Source: Octopus bimaculoides (lineage: Eukaryota). Taken from it: a DNA stretch of 51,717 nucleotides. Location: NCBI RefSeq assembly GCF_001194135.2, contig NC_068988.1:31388429-31440145 (forward strand), in the 5' to 3' direction. Both the position numbers and the translations under genes were made by a program. Within the stretch, counting starts at the first letter, position 1. Each line of letters opens with the position of its first letter. The notes under the pieces are model-generated. The model was not told the DNA's origin, made no database searches, and saw only the letters and a program-made list of their open reading frames with translations. Below are positions 25,317 through 36,842 of the stretch, one piece after another.

Positions 25317-25745
25317 TCATACTCACTGTAAACATTATTATTAAGATTAAAATAAAAATCATCCCCTCGAACAAGCCATCTCTACTCATTCTTTAAAAAA
25401 TATATATATAATACTGTACCAATGACTTTGTATTATTCTACAATATATTCATATACATACGTATGTGTATATACATATGAAAATACATATATATAATCAT
25501 GCATAGCTGTCTATCCCTCTGTATATATGCACGTCTATATGTATGTGTGTATTATGGAAAAGAGGTTCTCTATAGTAAGTTTCATTCGCATGACAATCAT
25601 CAGACTGAGACTGGGCAATAAACATTACTCTAAAACCCATGCTCTAGGATCGAACCAAAAATATTTAACTGCAAAGAAAGATCTTAAATAGAACATGATG
25701 TCTGCACATGCTTAGTATCAACCACTCTCTCGCTCTCTCTCTCTA

Positions 25746-25782
<37 letters not shown>

Positions 25783-25838
25783 TCTATATATTCCGTTATG
25801 TGTATATACATAATATACACATGCTCACATACAGACAG

Positions 25839-25881
<43 letters not shown>

Positions 25882-26327
25882 ATACAAATAATAAATGAAT
25901 ATATATATNNNNNNNNNNNNNNNNNNNNNNNNNNNNNNNNNNNNNNNNNNNNNNNNNNNNNNNNNNNNNNNNNNNNNNNNNNNNNNNNNNNNNNNNNNNN
26001 NNNNNNNNNNNNNNNNNNNNNNNNNNNNNNNNNNNNNNNNNNNNNNNNNNNNNNNNNNNNNNNNNNNNNNNNNNNNNNNNNNNNNNNNNNNNNNNNNNNN
26101 NNNNNNNNNNNNNNNNNNNNNNNNNNNNNNNNNNNNNNNNNNNNNNNNNNNNNNGAAGGAAAACATAAATGAATCACGTCACACATTCCGACATTCACCA
26201 TCTTTGGAAACAATTTTCAAAACAAAACCAAACCAAAATCAATGACACTTCATTAGAACGTTTTTCAGTTCTTAATATCTTTTATAGATCAACTCTTTTA
26301 TATATTATTTTGAAAGGAAGTGGGTCT

Positions 26328-26365
<38 letters not shown>

Positions 26366-26859
26366 CCACACACACACACACACACACACACATAAGTATG
26401 TATAATATATTATATATTTTTACATTTATGTTTCTTTGCTCCTTTTGTAATTATATTTCTGTAATATTTATTATTTTTTGTGGGGGAATGGCGGGATACG
26501 TTTTTTTTTATTTTAAGCATTTACTTTTCACTTATTCATCAAACGAAACCAATAAATTTTCAGAGCATTAAATTTATTATGGTCGTTAAAATTACTTTTT
26601 TTTATTTGTCTGGCGTCAAAGATAATGATTTTCTTTACATTTTAATTTTTAAATGTTGTCTTTATTTTTATTCTTTAGGGTTTTATTTCCAGTAGAAAGG
26701 TATAAGGTCAGTGTTTGTAGATAAATGAGGTGTATTTAGTCGATCGAATTTAATATTGCGGGTAATTATTTTATAGATCCTTAGATAAAATAATGGGCCA
26801 AATCGACCTTTGTGCTTTTCGAACTTGGGGCAAATAGAAGCGAAAATAAAGTATGTAAC

Positions 26860-27005
26860 AGGCGTAAGAATGACTGTGTGGTTTAAAGTGTCGCTTTTTA
26901 AGCATGATATTTCGGATTCGGCCATACTGCGCAGCACCTTCAGCACGAGTCATCTACTATAGCGATCAATCTTGTAGACAGAACCCGTTTGAAAAACCCG
27001 TTATA
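26860..27005 (+). mobile_element. Degenerate tRNA-derived SINE, family C (CORE-like gcacctt...ctactatagc block)
   Basis: ggcgtaagaatgactgtgtggttt...ggattcggccatactgcgcagcaccttcagcacgagtcatctactatagc, ending in (TA)n; resembles a recalled octopus SINE. Confidence 0.45.
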
Positions 27006-27374
27006 TATATATATATATACACACACACACGTGGGAAGTTGAACAGGAACACACGAGTTGATATGTATAAGGAAAATAAGACAAAGTAGAAAATGTTAAA
27101 ATAATTTTATCATAAAGAACATTTTAGTACCGGTTTCAGTCTTTGCGACTTTTTCAACTTAGAGTAAAGCATGAAAAACAATTAAATTGTGGAAAAATTA
27201 AATTAAATGTTTTTAAAAAATATTTCCATTGTTTTCAAATGCAAGGGACATTTTCCTTTTTTCTATTTGTCTCTGTCTCTCTTTTTTTACTCATGTGAGG
27301 TCTTGGTAGCAGGTAGAAGGTAGCAGTAGTGCTAATATTTGATATGAGTTCTTGGTTTTGATTGTTTAAGCAGC

Positions 27375-29965
27375 AGTAGTAGTTTTTGCACCGTCCTTAA
27401 CAGGTCAGCTGGATTTCTTTCGACGTCTAGAGATTTTCCTGGGAACTACTCGACGTTTACTTTTAGTGAGCGATTGGAACGCTATTTTGGACACACATCT
27501 AGACTACGTGGATAGAGATAGGAATTGGAGATGTAAATGCCTCAAAGACCTGCTCAGATGTTTCCAACTGTCTGACAAGTAGCGACTGGGCCACCCTCAT
27601 GTGCGAATGTGGTCATGGAGCAAACGCATCGTGTCATCCAGATCGTATTTAGATAGAGTATTCTATAGGACAGTGGATAGGGATAGTGTAGGTTGTCCAC
27701 AATTTCATAATGTCAGCTACACAGATCACAGGCATGACCCCGGTTACTGGAAACTGAATGCGTCGTCCACGGCGCGACAGGTTTACAAACACCTGATTAG
27801 CACATTAGTCAAGAGGTCGTTGACGGGAGCCATCGTCAACAGTAGATAATGGTATGCCCTAAAAAAAGCAATTAAAGCAGAATCGGTTAGGCATAGTAAG
27901 GCTCTATTGATATATCGAAATAGAATAGAGGGAGACCCAGTAAAGAAATTAGAAGAGACACATAGAAGTGATATCGCGTCCAACGTGCTGGCGGCGAAGT
28001 TGGTCCTCCACTAACACTTCTACGCCAAACACAAAGGATGCATTGTCAGAGCTAGGATGCGTGCTCTGAGAAACGAAGGAATTGGAGCCGCCTGAGAGAT
28101 TCGAGTGGCGGAAGCGCAACGAGGCAACAGAGCCACCATTAGATCTCTGGCAGATGAACAGAGGGGCAAGCCCGAAAGGATGTGTGAGGCCATTCAACAG
28201 CACTTTGCCCAACTGTTCGGGACAACTGGTGGGAGGCAGGGTGGAGATTTAGTGCCTACCCGCATGGCCCGCCAGGACTCTCAGCAAGAGAGGCGGAGTG
28301 TTGTGAAAGGCCCATCACAGCCGCGGACTTACGGAATGTGATGGCAGGATGTGCAGGAGATAAGCCACCAAGCTTCGATGGTCTACCCTACGTGCTTTAT
28401 TGTCATATGCCAGACTTGTCTGGAGGTGTCTTGGCAGTAGTCTACTGCAACTGGCAGCATAACGGTACTATCCCCAGTTTTGTGAGCCGAGGAGCGGTAG
28501 CACTGCTAAAGAGAGATACAAACAAGGGGAACGTCATAGCTAACTTCAGGCCCATCACTCTGCTCAACGCAGATTGAAGATTTTGGCAAAGGTGTTAGCC
28601 GAGAAGTCGGCGCTTGTCATCGAAAAACTGGTCGACAAGGAGCAAACATGCGCCGTGCCAGGAAGGAGTATCCATGACAACCTACATCTGATGCGCTACA
28701 TCATAGACAGGGTAGTTAAGGAACCTGGCATGGGTGAGGCGCTGATCAATTTGGATCAATCGAAAGCTTTCGATAGAGTTAACCATCGTTACTTGGCGGC
28801 TGTCTTTAGAGCGGCTGGTTTCGGTCCTGTTTTCCGCGGTTGGATTGCTGCCTGATACAGCGGTATCCACTCGGTAGTTCGCGTAAATGGTCACCTATCC
28901 AGATCATTTAACATCAAGGATGCTCCCTCTCGTCGCTTCTGTACGTATTGACTCTAGAGCCACTACTGTGAAAGCTGGTGACGGGGCATGGCGCGAGAAC
29001 TGGGATGCGGGAGGAGCGTGTCTGCTTACGTGGACGACGTCACCACCATAGTGTCGAGATACAGGCAAATCGACCTGGTGGGTGAGACATTAAAGAATAC
29101 GAAACGGTAACGGCAGCGAAAATTAACCCGGAAAATCAGTGGGCTTGCGGCTCGGCACTTGGAGAAGCAAGCCCATGCCGTCCAACAGCGTCTCCATCGT
29201 GGGACACTGGACCGACGGACTGGTTAAATTGCTCGGGTTCTGGTTCGGACCAGACCTCCGAATGGAGAAGAGCTGGGACGGGATAACGAGTAGGATGGCC
29301 ACTCTCACCCACCAATGGGCCAAGTTGAAGCTATCCCTAAAAAGGTCGGGTGGAGTTGGCGAGAGCGTACATCGCATCCGTCATGTATTACCGTCTGACC
29401 GTCGTACCTTGTCCCGACCCTACCATCATCAAACTGGAACGCATACTCTTCCGCTTTTTGTGGAGGGGAAGCTTTCGAATGGTTAGGCCATCTATTTGAT
29501 GTCAACATCCGCTAAATGGAGGGCTGAGCATGTTGTGGTTGATTATACGCAGACATGCGCTGAGACTGCGACATCTCAGGCGCTTCATAGACAACGGTGA
29601 ACAGGTATGGTCGCCGTTTGTGAGACGCGCTTTTCCGCGGCATGTCTCTTTGACCGAGCTGCACTCATGGATCAGGCAGAGAGCGAGGCTAGGCGAGTGG
29701 CACCGCGAGTGCAGCCTTGCTCTCGAGAAACTCTGTCGTCCGGGACCAAACATGTGCGACTTCAATTTCACGAAGGCGTTCTATAGAGGATTAGTGGAGG
29801 GGAGGTGCGAGGACGTTCTTTGGGAGAATCTGGTCGTCGACGAGGAACACCTGACTTGCCTCTTCAGCCCGTTCGGGAAAAGCACTACAGGCACGGTTCG
29901 AGAAACACCGGACCGACTTGCCCGAGATGCGGTTAGAACGACGAAACCGTTCTGCACGCACTCGT
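27375..29965 (+). mobile_element. Degenerate L1/Tx1-clade LINE ORF2 (APE endonuclease, RT, CCHC knuckle), with stops and frameshifts
   Basis: APE: FAPSLTGQLDFFRRL, LVSDWNAILD, SYLDRVF. RT: NFRPITLLNAD*KILAKVLA, EQTCAVPGRSIHDNL, LDQSKAFDRVNH, SAYVDD (YVDD at 29027-29038), KLLGFWFG. Knuckle: CPRCG*NDETVLHALV, cut at about 29965. Confidence 0.9.
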
Positions 29966-30723
29966 GCATGGGATGGAGTACACGCAGTCATATTCTCTTC
30001 TATTGGTGGTTTTACTCGGAGATATTTGCGAAGTGTTGTATTACTTTTGAATACTGTCCTGATGTCATATGGGCCGCATATCTTTTGTATCTATTCAGAG
30101 AGGCCTTTCACATAGGGTAGACATACGGTGGACAGTTTATCGGTTTCGTCCTCTCTTTTCTTACTATTTGGAGTGGGTACTATGCTTTTGGGGTAGTTGT
30201 TACTTAATAGAGTGTTACTGAGCTTGATCATTTCTTCATGCTGGGTTTCGCGATCGCTACTTATATTCATTGCTCGATGTTTTAGGCACTGAGCAATCCC
30301 TCTCTTTACACTGTATGGATGGTGGAAGTTGAAGTTGAGGTATCATCCAGTGAAGATCGGTATACGGATGTCCTGAATCTATATTTGGTGCGTGTTATTA
30401 ATACGTCCAGGAATGCTAGCTGATTGTCTTTTTCCATTGTGAACTGTATGGATGGCTTTGTTGAGTTCACATGATCTAACAGAACTTGGACATCTTCCTG
30501 CTTGGGCCAGAGTATGAAGGTGTCATCAATATATCGCAGCCATAGGGTTAGTTTTAGTGGTGTTGGTCCTAAAGCCAAATAATCAAATTATTCCATGTAT
30601 ATATTGGCTATTATCGGTGACAATGGCGAACCCATAGCTAAACCTTCTTCTTGTTGATATATAGCAGTGTCCATACTGAAGTAGGTAGTTTCTACGCAGA
30701 AGGTCAATATTTCCATCAAGTTT
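29966..30723 (-). mobile_element. Penelope-like element, inverted segment: RT core, thumb/linker and start of the endonuclease
   Basis: MEILTFCVETTYF, GLAMGSPLSPIIANIYME, WLRYIDDTF, IQFTMEKDNQLAFLDVLI, (frameshift) YLNFNFHHPYSVKRG, VCLPYVKGLSE, TLRKYLRVKPPIEENMT. Confidence 0.9.
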
Positions 30724-31086
30724 CCACCAACAGAAGAGAATATGACTAAGAACTGCATGTATTCCATCCCATGCAGCTGTGGTAGGTTATACAAAGGCGA
30801 AACATGTCACCTCCTCAAAATAAGGGTAGAGGAACGTCGCAAAGCTGTGACACGGGGAGATATTGATAAATCAGGTATAGCTGATCATGTATGGAAAAAT
30901 GGAGACCACCTCCCCTTGTGGGATGAAGTTAAAATAATAGACAGTGAACACCAGTGGAAAATACTAAAACTAAAAGAAGCAGCACATATGCTAGGACACA
31001 ACAACCTCCTAAATAGACCGAGTGCAGTTATGAACAGCATATGGGAACCAGTATTAAGGGAGGATAGGAGAATATTAGATTTATAA
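30724..31086 (+). mobile_element. Penelope-like element, sense segment: GIY-YIG endonuclease to stop codon
   Basis: PPTEENMTKNCMYSIPCSCGRLYKGETCHLLKIRVEERRKAV...KSGIADHVW...KLKEAAHM...NR: PLE-type GIY-YIG with YSIPCSCG, GET, R-x-x-E and EA motifs. Confidence 0.9.
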
Positions 31087-31116
31087 GCCCTAAAATTCAC
31101 TCCATAATTGCCTTAC

Positions 31117-31187
31117 GGGTATATGGCGTAGTGGTTAAGAGCGCGGGCTACTAACCCCAAGATTCCGACCTCAATTCCAGGCAGTGA

Positions 31188-31225
<38 letters not shown>

Positions 31226-31371
31226 GTAGTAATAATAACACCGAAAAATACCTTACGATTGAGAGCCCAGGTTCAAAATTTCCCCAAGACACAAACAAGA
31301 CGAGGACAAATATCCGTCAATCGTAAATAGTGTAAATAATGTACATAATTTCTAGTCTCTTAAATATAGAA
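31117..31371 (+). mobile_element. tRNA-headed SINE, family B, with internal (AAT)n; ribozyme segment deleted
   Basis: A-box TGGCGTAGTGG (31124-31134), degenerate B-box, caggcagtgacctgaa(taa)n, and a 3' tail homologous to the 36.5-kb copy but lacking 47 nt. Confidence 0.85.
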
Positions 31372-31454
31372 GAAAAGTTCTACATGGTATTATCCCCTCT
31401 GTGTGGCTAATAAAGAAAGAAATCTGCCTGCCTACCTACCTACCTACCTACCTT

Positions 31455-31517
<63 letters not shown>

Positions 31518-33106
31518 GTCTATCTATCTTTTGATATATGCTTGTGCGTTGCTCTGAATATGCTTTGCCAAGGCAGTCAAATTTGATCGAACCAGGCCCA
31601 TTACCAGCACTACTTGTCTTTGTGGATAAAATCTGCTCCTCTTTGAATCACGTTTAATCTCTATAATAATGTCAGCTTTATATTGTTATAGTTTAATCCC
31701 TCCCTTATATTTTGGGGGTTTTAAACACACCTTATAGCAAAAATTTTGTAGATTATCTGCTCGCCATCAGAGTTGAATCTTCCTCGGAATTCAGCCTACT
31801 ACCTTAGAGACAAAACACTATAGTCCAATATACAAATAAGTCATGATGCTTCTGGTCAGAACACTTTTGATTATAATACTCCTCGATTAGGGTCGATTTG
31901 GGATTACATAATAATATCTCGGCATTGTTTGATGATTTTATTTATGGCTTTCTGTTTCTTAACGAAGATGTTGACAATATCACTAAGCAATCAACTGATA
32001 AATTTTATCTTTCACAAGGGATATGATCTGGTGTTTTATATACTAATTTGCAGCTGCTAGATATTTTTTCTTGTAAAGGTAGGTCGTAGAACGTGTATTT
32101 GTTTAAATACATTATCGGATGAGGTGAATATATTATCGGAATGCGAAGGTCGATATTCAGTTTGAATATTTGAAAGTCATTGTTTGCCGGCAAAGAGTGA
32201 CTGGAGAGAGAATTCTATCAGACTGCATTCATGGAGTAGAAAATTGGGTGAAATATTTTCGAGCGGGGTCTGAAAGATGAGACAGAAAAAAAGAGCAACC
32301 GAGATTAGGTTTCGTCTGGAAAATACGTCGTTATATTAGAAACAGAGAAGAGATGATGACGAAACTGCGCATCTGGCAGATGAACGAAACTAAAATAGAG
32401 AAGGAAAAAAATGAAATAATCAAGCAAACAAATATACAAAAGAAAATGAGGGAATGAGAACAGAGAAGAAATAAATGTACAAAAAGAGAAAAATGAGACA
32501 ATAGAATACGATGAAGTGATATAGAGAGAATAGGTTGAAAGGCATATAGTGCACGAGACTACTGCAGGTCAAATCTACAGATGGACTTCTCTAGTTATTT
32601 GAGCCGAAAGGTAAGTAGCTAAATTGTTAAACGCAGAATACCCAAATAATTTCGAATTTTTCCCCATTTTGTTTATTAACAGTACAAAAGTAAAATTATA
32701 AACATAACAAACAGAAGACAGTGTCGTACTAACTGTTCTCTTTATTATTAAATGATTGAAATAGGAATGATTAACGTTATAATCCTGTGATCCTTGTAAC
32801 TTGGTATCTGTTAGAGAGACTATAGATGTAGTTAGCCGAATCGATGAAATGCCGGACACGTCAAACTGTGTCACCGACGCTACCCTATGTCCATTACTAC
32901 GAAACAAGCTCTTGAACGAGTATTTACGTAAACGTTTGAAAAATCTTCATTTACAAATAAAGATTTACAAATTTCAAATCTACGTGTGTTTAAAATATGT
33001 ATGTATGGAAGAGTATGCTGGGAAAATTGAGATAGATGTATAAGATAAATGTGATTATGATAACGATGGGGAGGATAAGGTCAATTAAAGTAATGAAGGC
33101 TGTCAA

Positions 33107-33283
33107 AAAGGGTCAGTCGATTACATCCTTCCAGTATTTGCTTGGTACTTTATTCTATCGATCCTGAAAAGATGAAAAGCAAAGTTGACAACGGCAGGAT
33201 TTTTACTCAGAACTTAAAGAGCCGGAACAAATTCCGTAAGGCTTTTGTCTCTGACGCTCTAACGATTCTGCCAATCCACCCAC
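33107..33283 (-). mobile_element. SINE family A
   Basis: gtcgattacatcc...ggtactttattctatcgatcc...aaagcaaagttgac...ctcagaac...ctaacgattctgcca. Confidence 0.8.
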
Positions 33284-33983
33284 CTAACTGAGCGAAGAGA
33301 AACAGAAAGAAAAATAGATAGTATCAAAGACGCATACAAGGTAGAAAATGAGAAAGAACAAATGACAAGAAATGAGACATAAAAAAAGAAGAAATGTAAT
33401 AGAAAGAAAGTCGAAAAATGGCGGAAGAAATGAAGATAGATTGCAGAGAAGTACGAAAGGTAGGAAAGATAAAAATGAGAACTAAATAAGTGATTGAATA
33501 CATAAATGAACAAATAAGTGAATGAAATGAATGAAGAAAGGAAGGGATAGAGAAATAAAAATAACGAAAGAGAAAAATTACGACACGAAAAAAACCCCAG
33601 CAATGCCAACATATTCGAAAAATATATAAACATAAAAATTCAAAATAAAACCGCAACAGTAACATCAACAAAAACAATAATGCAAATTATATGTGAACAT
33701 TTTCTCTCAGACTGTATCAATTAAAAATCTTTCCCTCACGGGTCTGGAGTAAAATTTTCATTTGTTGTTAGCCATTAATCAGCTGAAAGACGTGTTCAAT
33801 TGTCCGTACAACGGAATCTTAGAAGTAAGTAGCAAGAGATTTCTAAGTTCGTTCATGAGTAACTGTTCTGCTTGCTGCTTGTTGTCTCTACAATCCCCCA
33901 TTCGCTGGTTCCAATCCAACCAAATGGTCTTGCATTCAATTGATCTGCCTCTTCTCCTCTCTCTGTACATACATACACACACA

Positions 33984-34105
<122 letters not shown>

Positions 34106-34304
34106 CATAATGTAATATGTATAAATGTGTGTATTATCTGTATTGTGTGTGCATGGTACTGTGCGTGCGTGTGTGTGAAATATGTATATGTATGTGATGT
34201 TTGTATGTGTGTTTGTGCATAAAGAGTGGACAGAGAGCAAAATGGTTGTGCAGCCTCTCTCATATTTTTGTTTTTCGCTCCCTTCTCCGAATTCTTCCAC
34301 AACT

Positions 34305-34372
34305 TCCTCCTGCTCCTGCTCCTGCTCCTGTTCCTCCTGTTCCTCCTGCTCCTCCTGCTCCTCCCCTCCTCC
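34305..34372. repeat. (CTCCTG)n/(CTC)n low-complexity tract
   Basis: Directly visible. Confidence 0.85.
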
Positions 34373-34490
34373 TCTAACACTTTCTTCTTGTGCACTTAGC
34401 TTTTTGTTAATTCTCTTTATTAATCTGATAAAATGACACTAAAATTTTTTCTACGTTATTACTCACACATGCAGATAGATAGATAGATAA

Positions 34491-34546
<56 letters not shown>

Positions 34547-34779
34547 GAGTGGAAAGAAAGACAGTCGCGGGGAAGAGCAATGTCATTCTCTGTCTGTATC
34601 TTCTGCACATTACTTTCAGTACATCTCTATATTTCTCTTTGTCATAATGTCTATGAACGTATTTATGTGCGTGTGTCTATGTGTGTAGCTGTGTGTATGT
34701 ATGTATATGTGTCTGTGCTTCATATGTATTCGCATATCTGTAAGGTATGCATGAGTATGTTAATATGTGTTCGTGTTCA

Positions 34780-34988
34780 GGCGGTGAGCTGGCAGAAATG
34801 TTAGCACTCCGGACAAGATGCTAGCGGTATTTCGTATGTCTTTACATTCTGAGTTCAAATACCGCCGAGGTCGACTTTGCCTTTCATCCTTTCGATAAAT
34901 AAAGTCCCAGTTGCGTACTGGGGTCAATCTAATGGACTGGCTCTCTCCCCCATAATTTCGGACCTTGTACCTCGAGTAGAAAAGAATA
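34780..34988 (+). mobile_element. SINE family A, full length (best-preserved copy)
   Basis: ggcggtgagctggcagaaatgttagc (A-box), gagttcaaatacc (B-box), gccgaggtcgactttgcctttcatcctttcg, tail ending agtagaaaagaat. Confidence 0.9.
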
Positions 34989-36166
34989 TGTGTTCGTGTT
35001 GGAGTGAGTATGTGTGTGTGTATGCACGCGCGCGCGTGTGTGTGAGTTGAAGAAATTACAGTTGATCCAGACAGCTGCAAGTCGAAATTCATATAGAATA
35101 TTTCATACATTTCAGAGTAACTCCACCTGTTGTGAGTTCGTGTCATAGCGGTGCATATACTTTCATTTTGTTCTCACCAATGAAAGATAAGTACAAACTT
35201 AGGTTACCCAGATTCGAAAATTCTCTGAGGGAACGACTATGGTCATTCCATTTGCTACAGATAAGTCTTCCAAACCACGAATTACACTATACCATGTGAA
35301 TAATAAAGAAGATACACGATGGATAATGGTCTCGGTGCACTAAATCTGAAGCACTAAGATGGGGGAGTCTTTGCTGGTGCCAATCCCATCACGAGCCTCT
35401 TGAGGTAAACGATTAGGCGATTTCTTTTACAAGATGTCCTCACGTTATTTATCTTAATGACATTAATGTCTCGAGAAAAGGCACCAGTAGTTTTTGATAC
35501 TGAAGTTCTGGCAGACACTTTTGCAAAAATGTTTATTAACAAGAAGTGTTTATTAACATAACTTAGAGTTTCGTTCATGTAAATAACCCGTAACTGATCT
35601 ACTGAAAGGAGAAATAATTATACCTTCTAAGTGAGTTTATTTAGGTGCCTCTGTTGGTCAATTCACGTCACGTGGCTTGGTTGGCGAAACAGCGACACCA
35701 GATAATTATATCTATTATCGCACATGGTAGAAGAGACAGATCAGCGGTGACATTTAGTTATAAAACGCGGGTAGTAAGGAAGAAAGATAGTACCATGTAG
35801 AAAGATAAATTAGATCTGATAGTCGTGGGGTTAGATATTAATAATATGCAAGTGGCATTACGTAGAAGTTGGGTGGTGTGTCCTGCATAAGTGTATATGA
35901 TCTATATATAGCTCAACGTGAAGACAGCAGACTGCTATGGCCTTGCTGATTGCAATAAACTTACCATAGGCAGCCCAGTATGTTTTATCTCGTAAATATA
36001 TGGGGCAGCTAGAATTAAGGTGGTATTTTTTCCCAGGTTTCGGTGGCCAATGGTATTATGCTATTCAACAAAGTGTGTTGGATACTGTAGGCGAATGCAA
36101 TATAACGTAGTTTCTTCCAGAGACTGAGTTTACAGTTATAAGTTCCAGGTAAAAAGGGGACCGTCC

Positions 36167-36301
36167 TGAAGTTAAGTGACTGGTTAAAGTTCACCTACTC
36201 AGTTCATCTGAAAACTATTTGCCCAACATTAGGTAATGATGGGCAAGTAGTTTTCAGATGAACTGAGTAGAAGGTGAACTTTAACCAGTCACTGAACTTC
36301 A
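36167..36301. other. 135-nt near-perfect hairpin
   Basis: Arm 36167-36224 pairs with 36241-36301 with 2 mismatches and one 3-nt bulge; an inner catta/taatg stem closes a tiny loop. Confidence 0.9.
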
Positions 36302-36506
36302 ACATGTGTTCTATAAATCTTCCTTTCATTGACTGTTAAATACTTTCTCATTATCGGATATGGCGTGGGTAGCTTAATTGCCCATCGCGTTTGAGAGGCA
36401 GTTGGTATGAGTTTGATAGCTACAAGCAGGAATATAGCGTGGAAAATATGTTGGTAGCTGTTTTCTCTATTGCACCATGTAATATCGGAAACAATATGAT
36501 ATAATA

Positions 36507-36723
36507 CAGTTCTATATTAAAGAGGTGAGGAATTATGTACATTATTTAATTTATTTACATTTGAAGGATAGTTGTACTCATCTTGTTTGTTGCTAACACA
36601 ACATTTCGGCTGATATACTCTCCAGCATTCATCAGGTGTCTTGGGGAAATTTCGAACCTGATTTCTCATTCCTAAGGTATTTTTTCGATGTTGTTGTTGT
36701 TATTATTGTTGATGTTGTTGTTG

Positions 36724-36779
<56 letters not shown>

Positions 36780-36842
36780 GTTGTTGTTGTTGTTGTTGTT
36801 GTTATTCAGGTCACTGCCTGGAATCGAACTCGGATTTTCAAG
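36507..36842 (-). mobile_element. tRNA-headed SINE, family B, with internal (AAC/AAT)n and a hammerhead-containing tail
   Basis: B-box GAGTTCGATTCC (plus 36820-36831), caggcagtgacctgaa and the tail ...ccccaagacac-[HHR]-aaacaagatgag...aatgtacataatt...tatagaactg are shared with 31117-31371. Confidence 0.85.
36595..36640 (-). ncRNA. Minimal type-I hammerhead ribozyme motif in the SINE tail
   Basis: GACAC-CTGATGA-at-GCTG(gagagtatat)CAGC-c-GAAA-TG-TT-GTGTT: 5-bp stem I (one G.U), intact core, 4-bp stem II, ATGT near-palindromic stem III, predicted cut between 36600 and 36599. Confidence 0.65.

Noticed and set aside
25575-25612. Minus-strand CTGATGA...GAAAC
   Set aside because: Stem II is out of register by 2 nt and there is no NUH or stem I; it lies beside a degenerate SINE.
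31117-31190. Possible tRNA gene
   Set aside because: Damaged B-box, no acceptor stem, and continues into the SINE body; it is a SINE head. The TACTAAC inside it is part of the anticodon-like arm, not a branch point.
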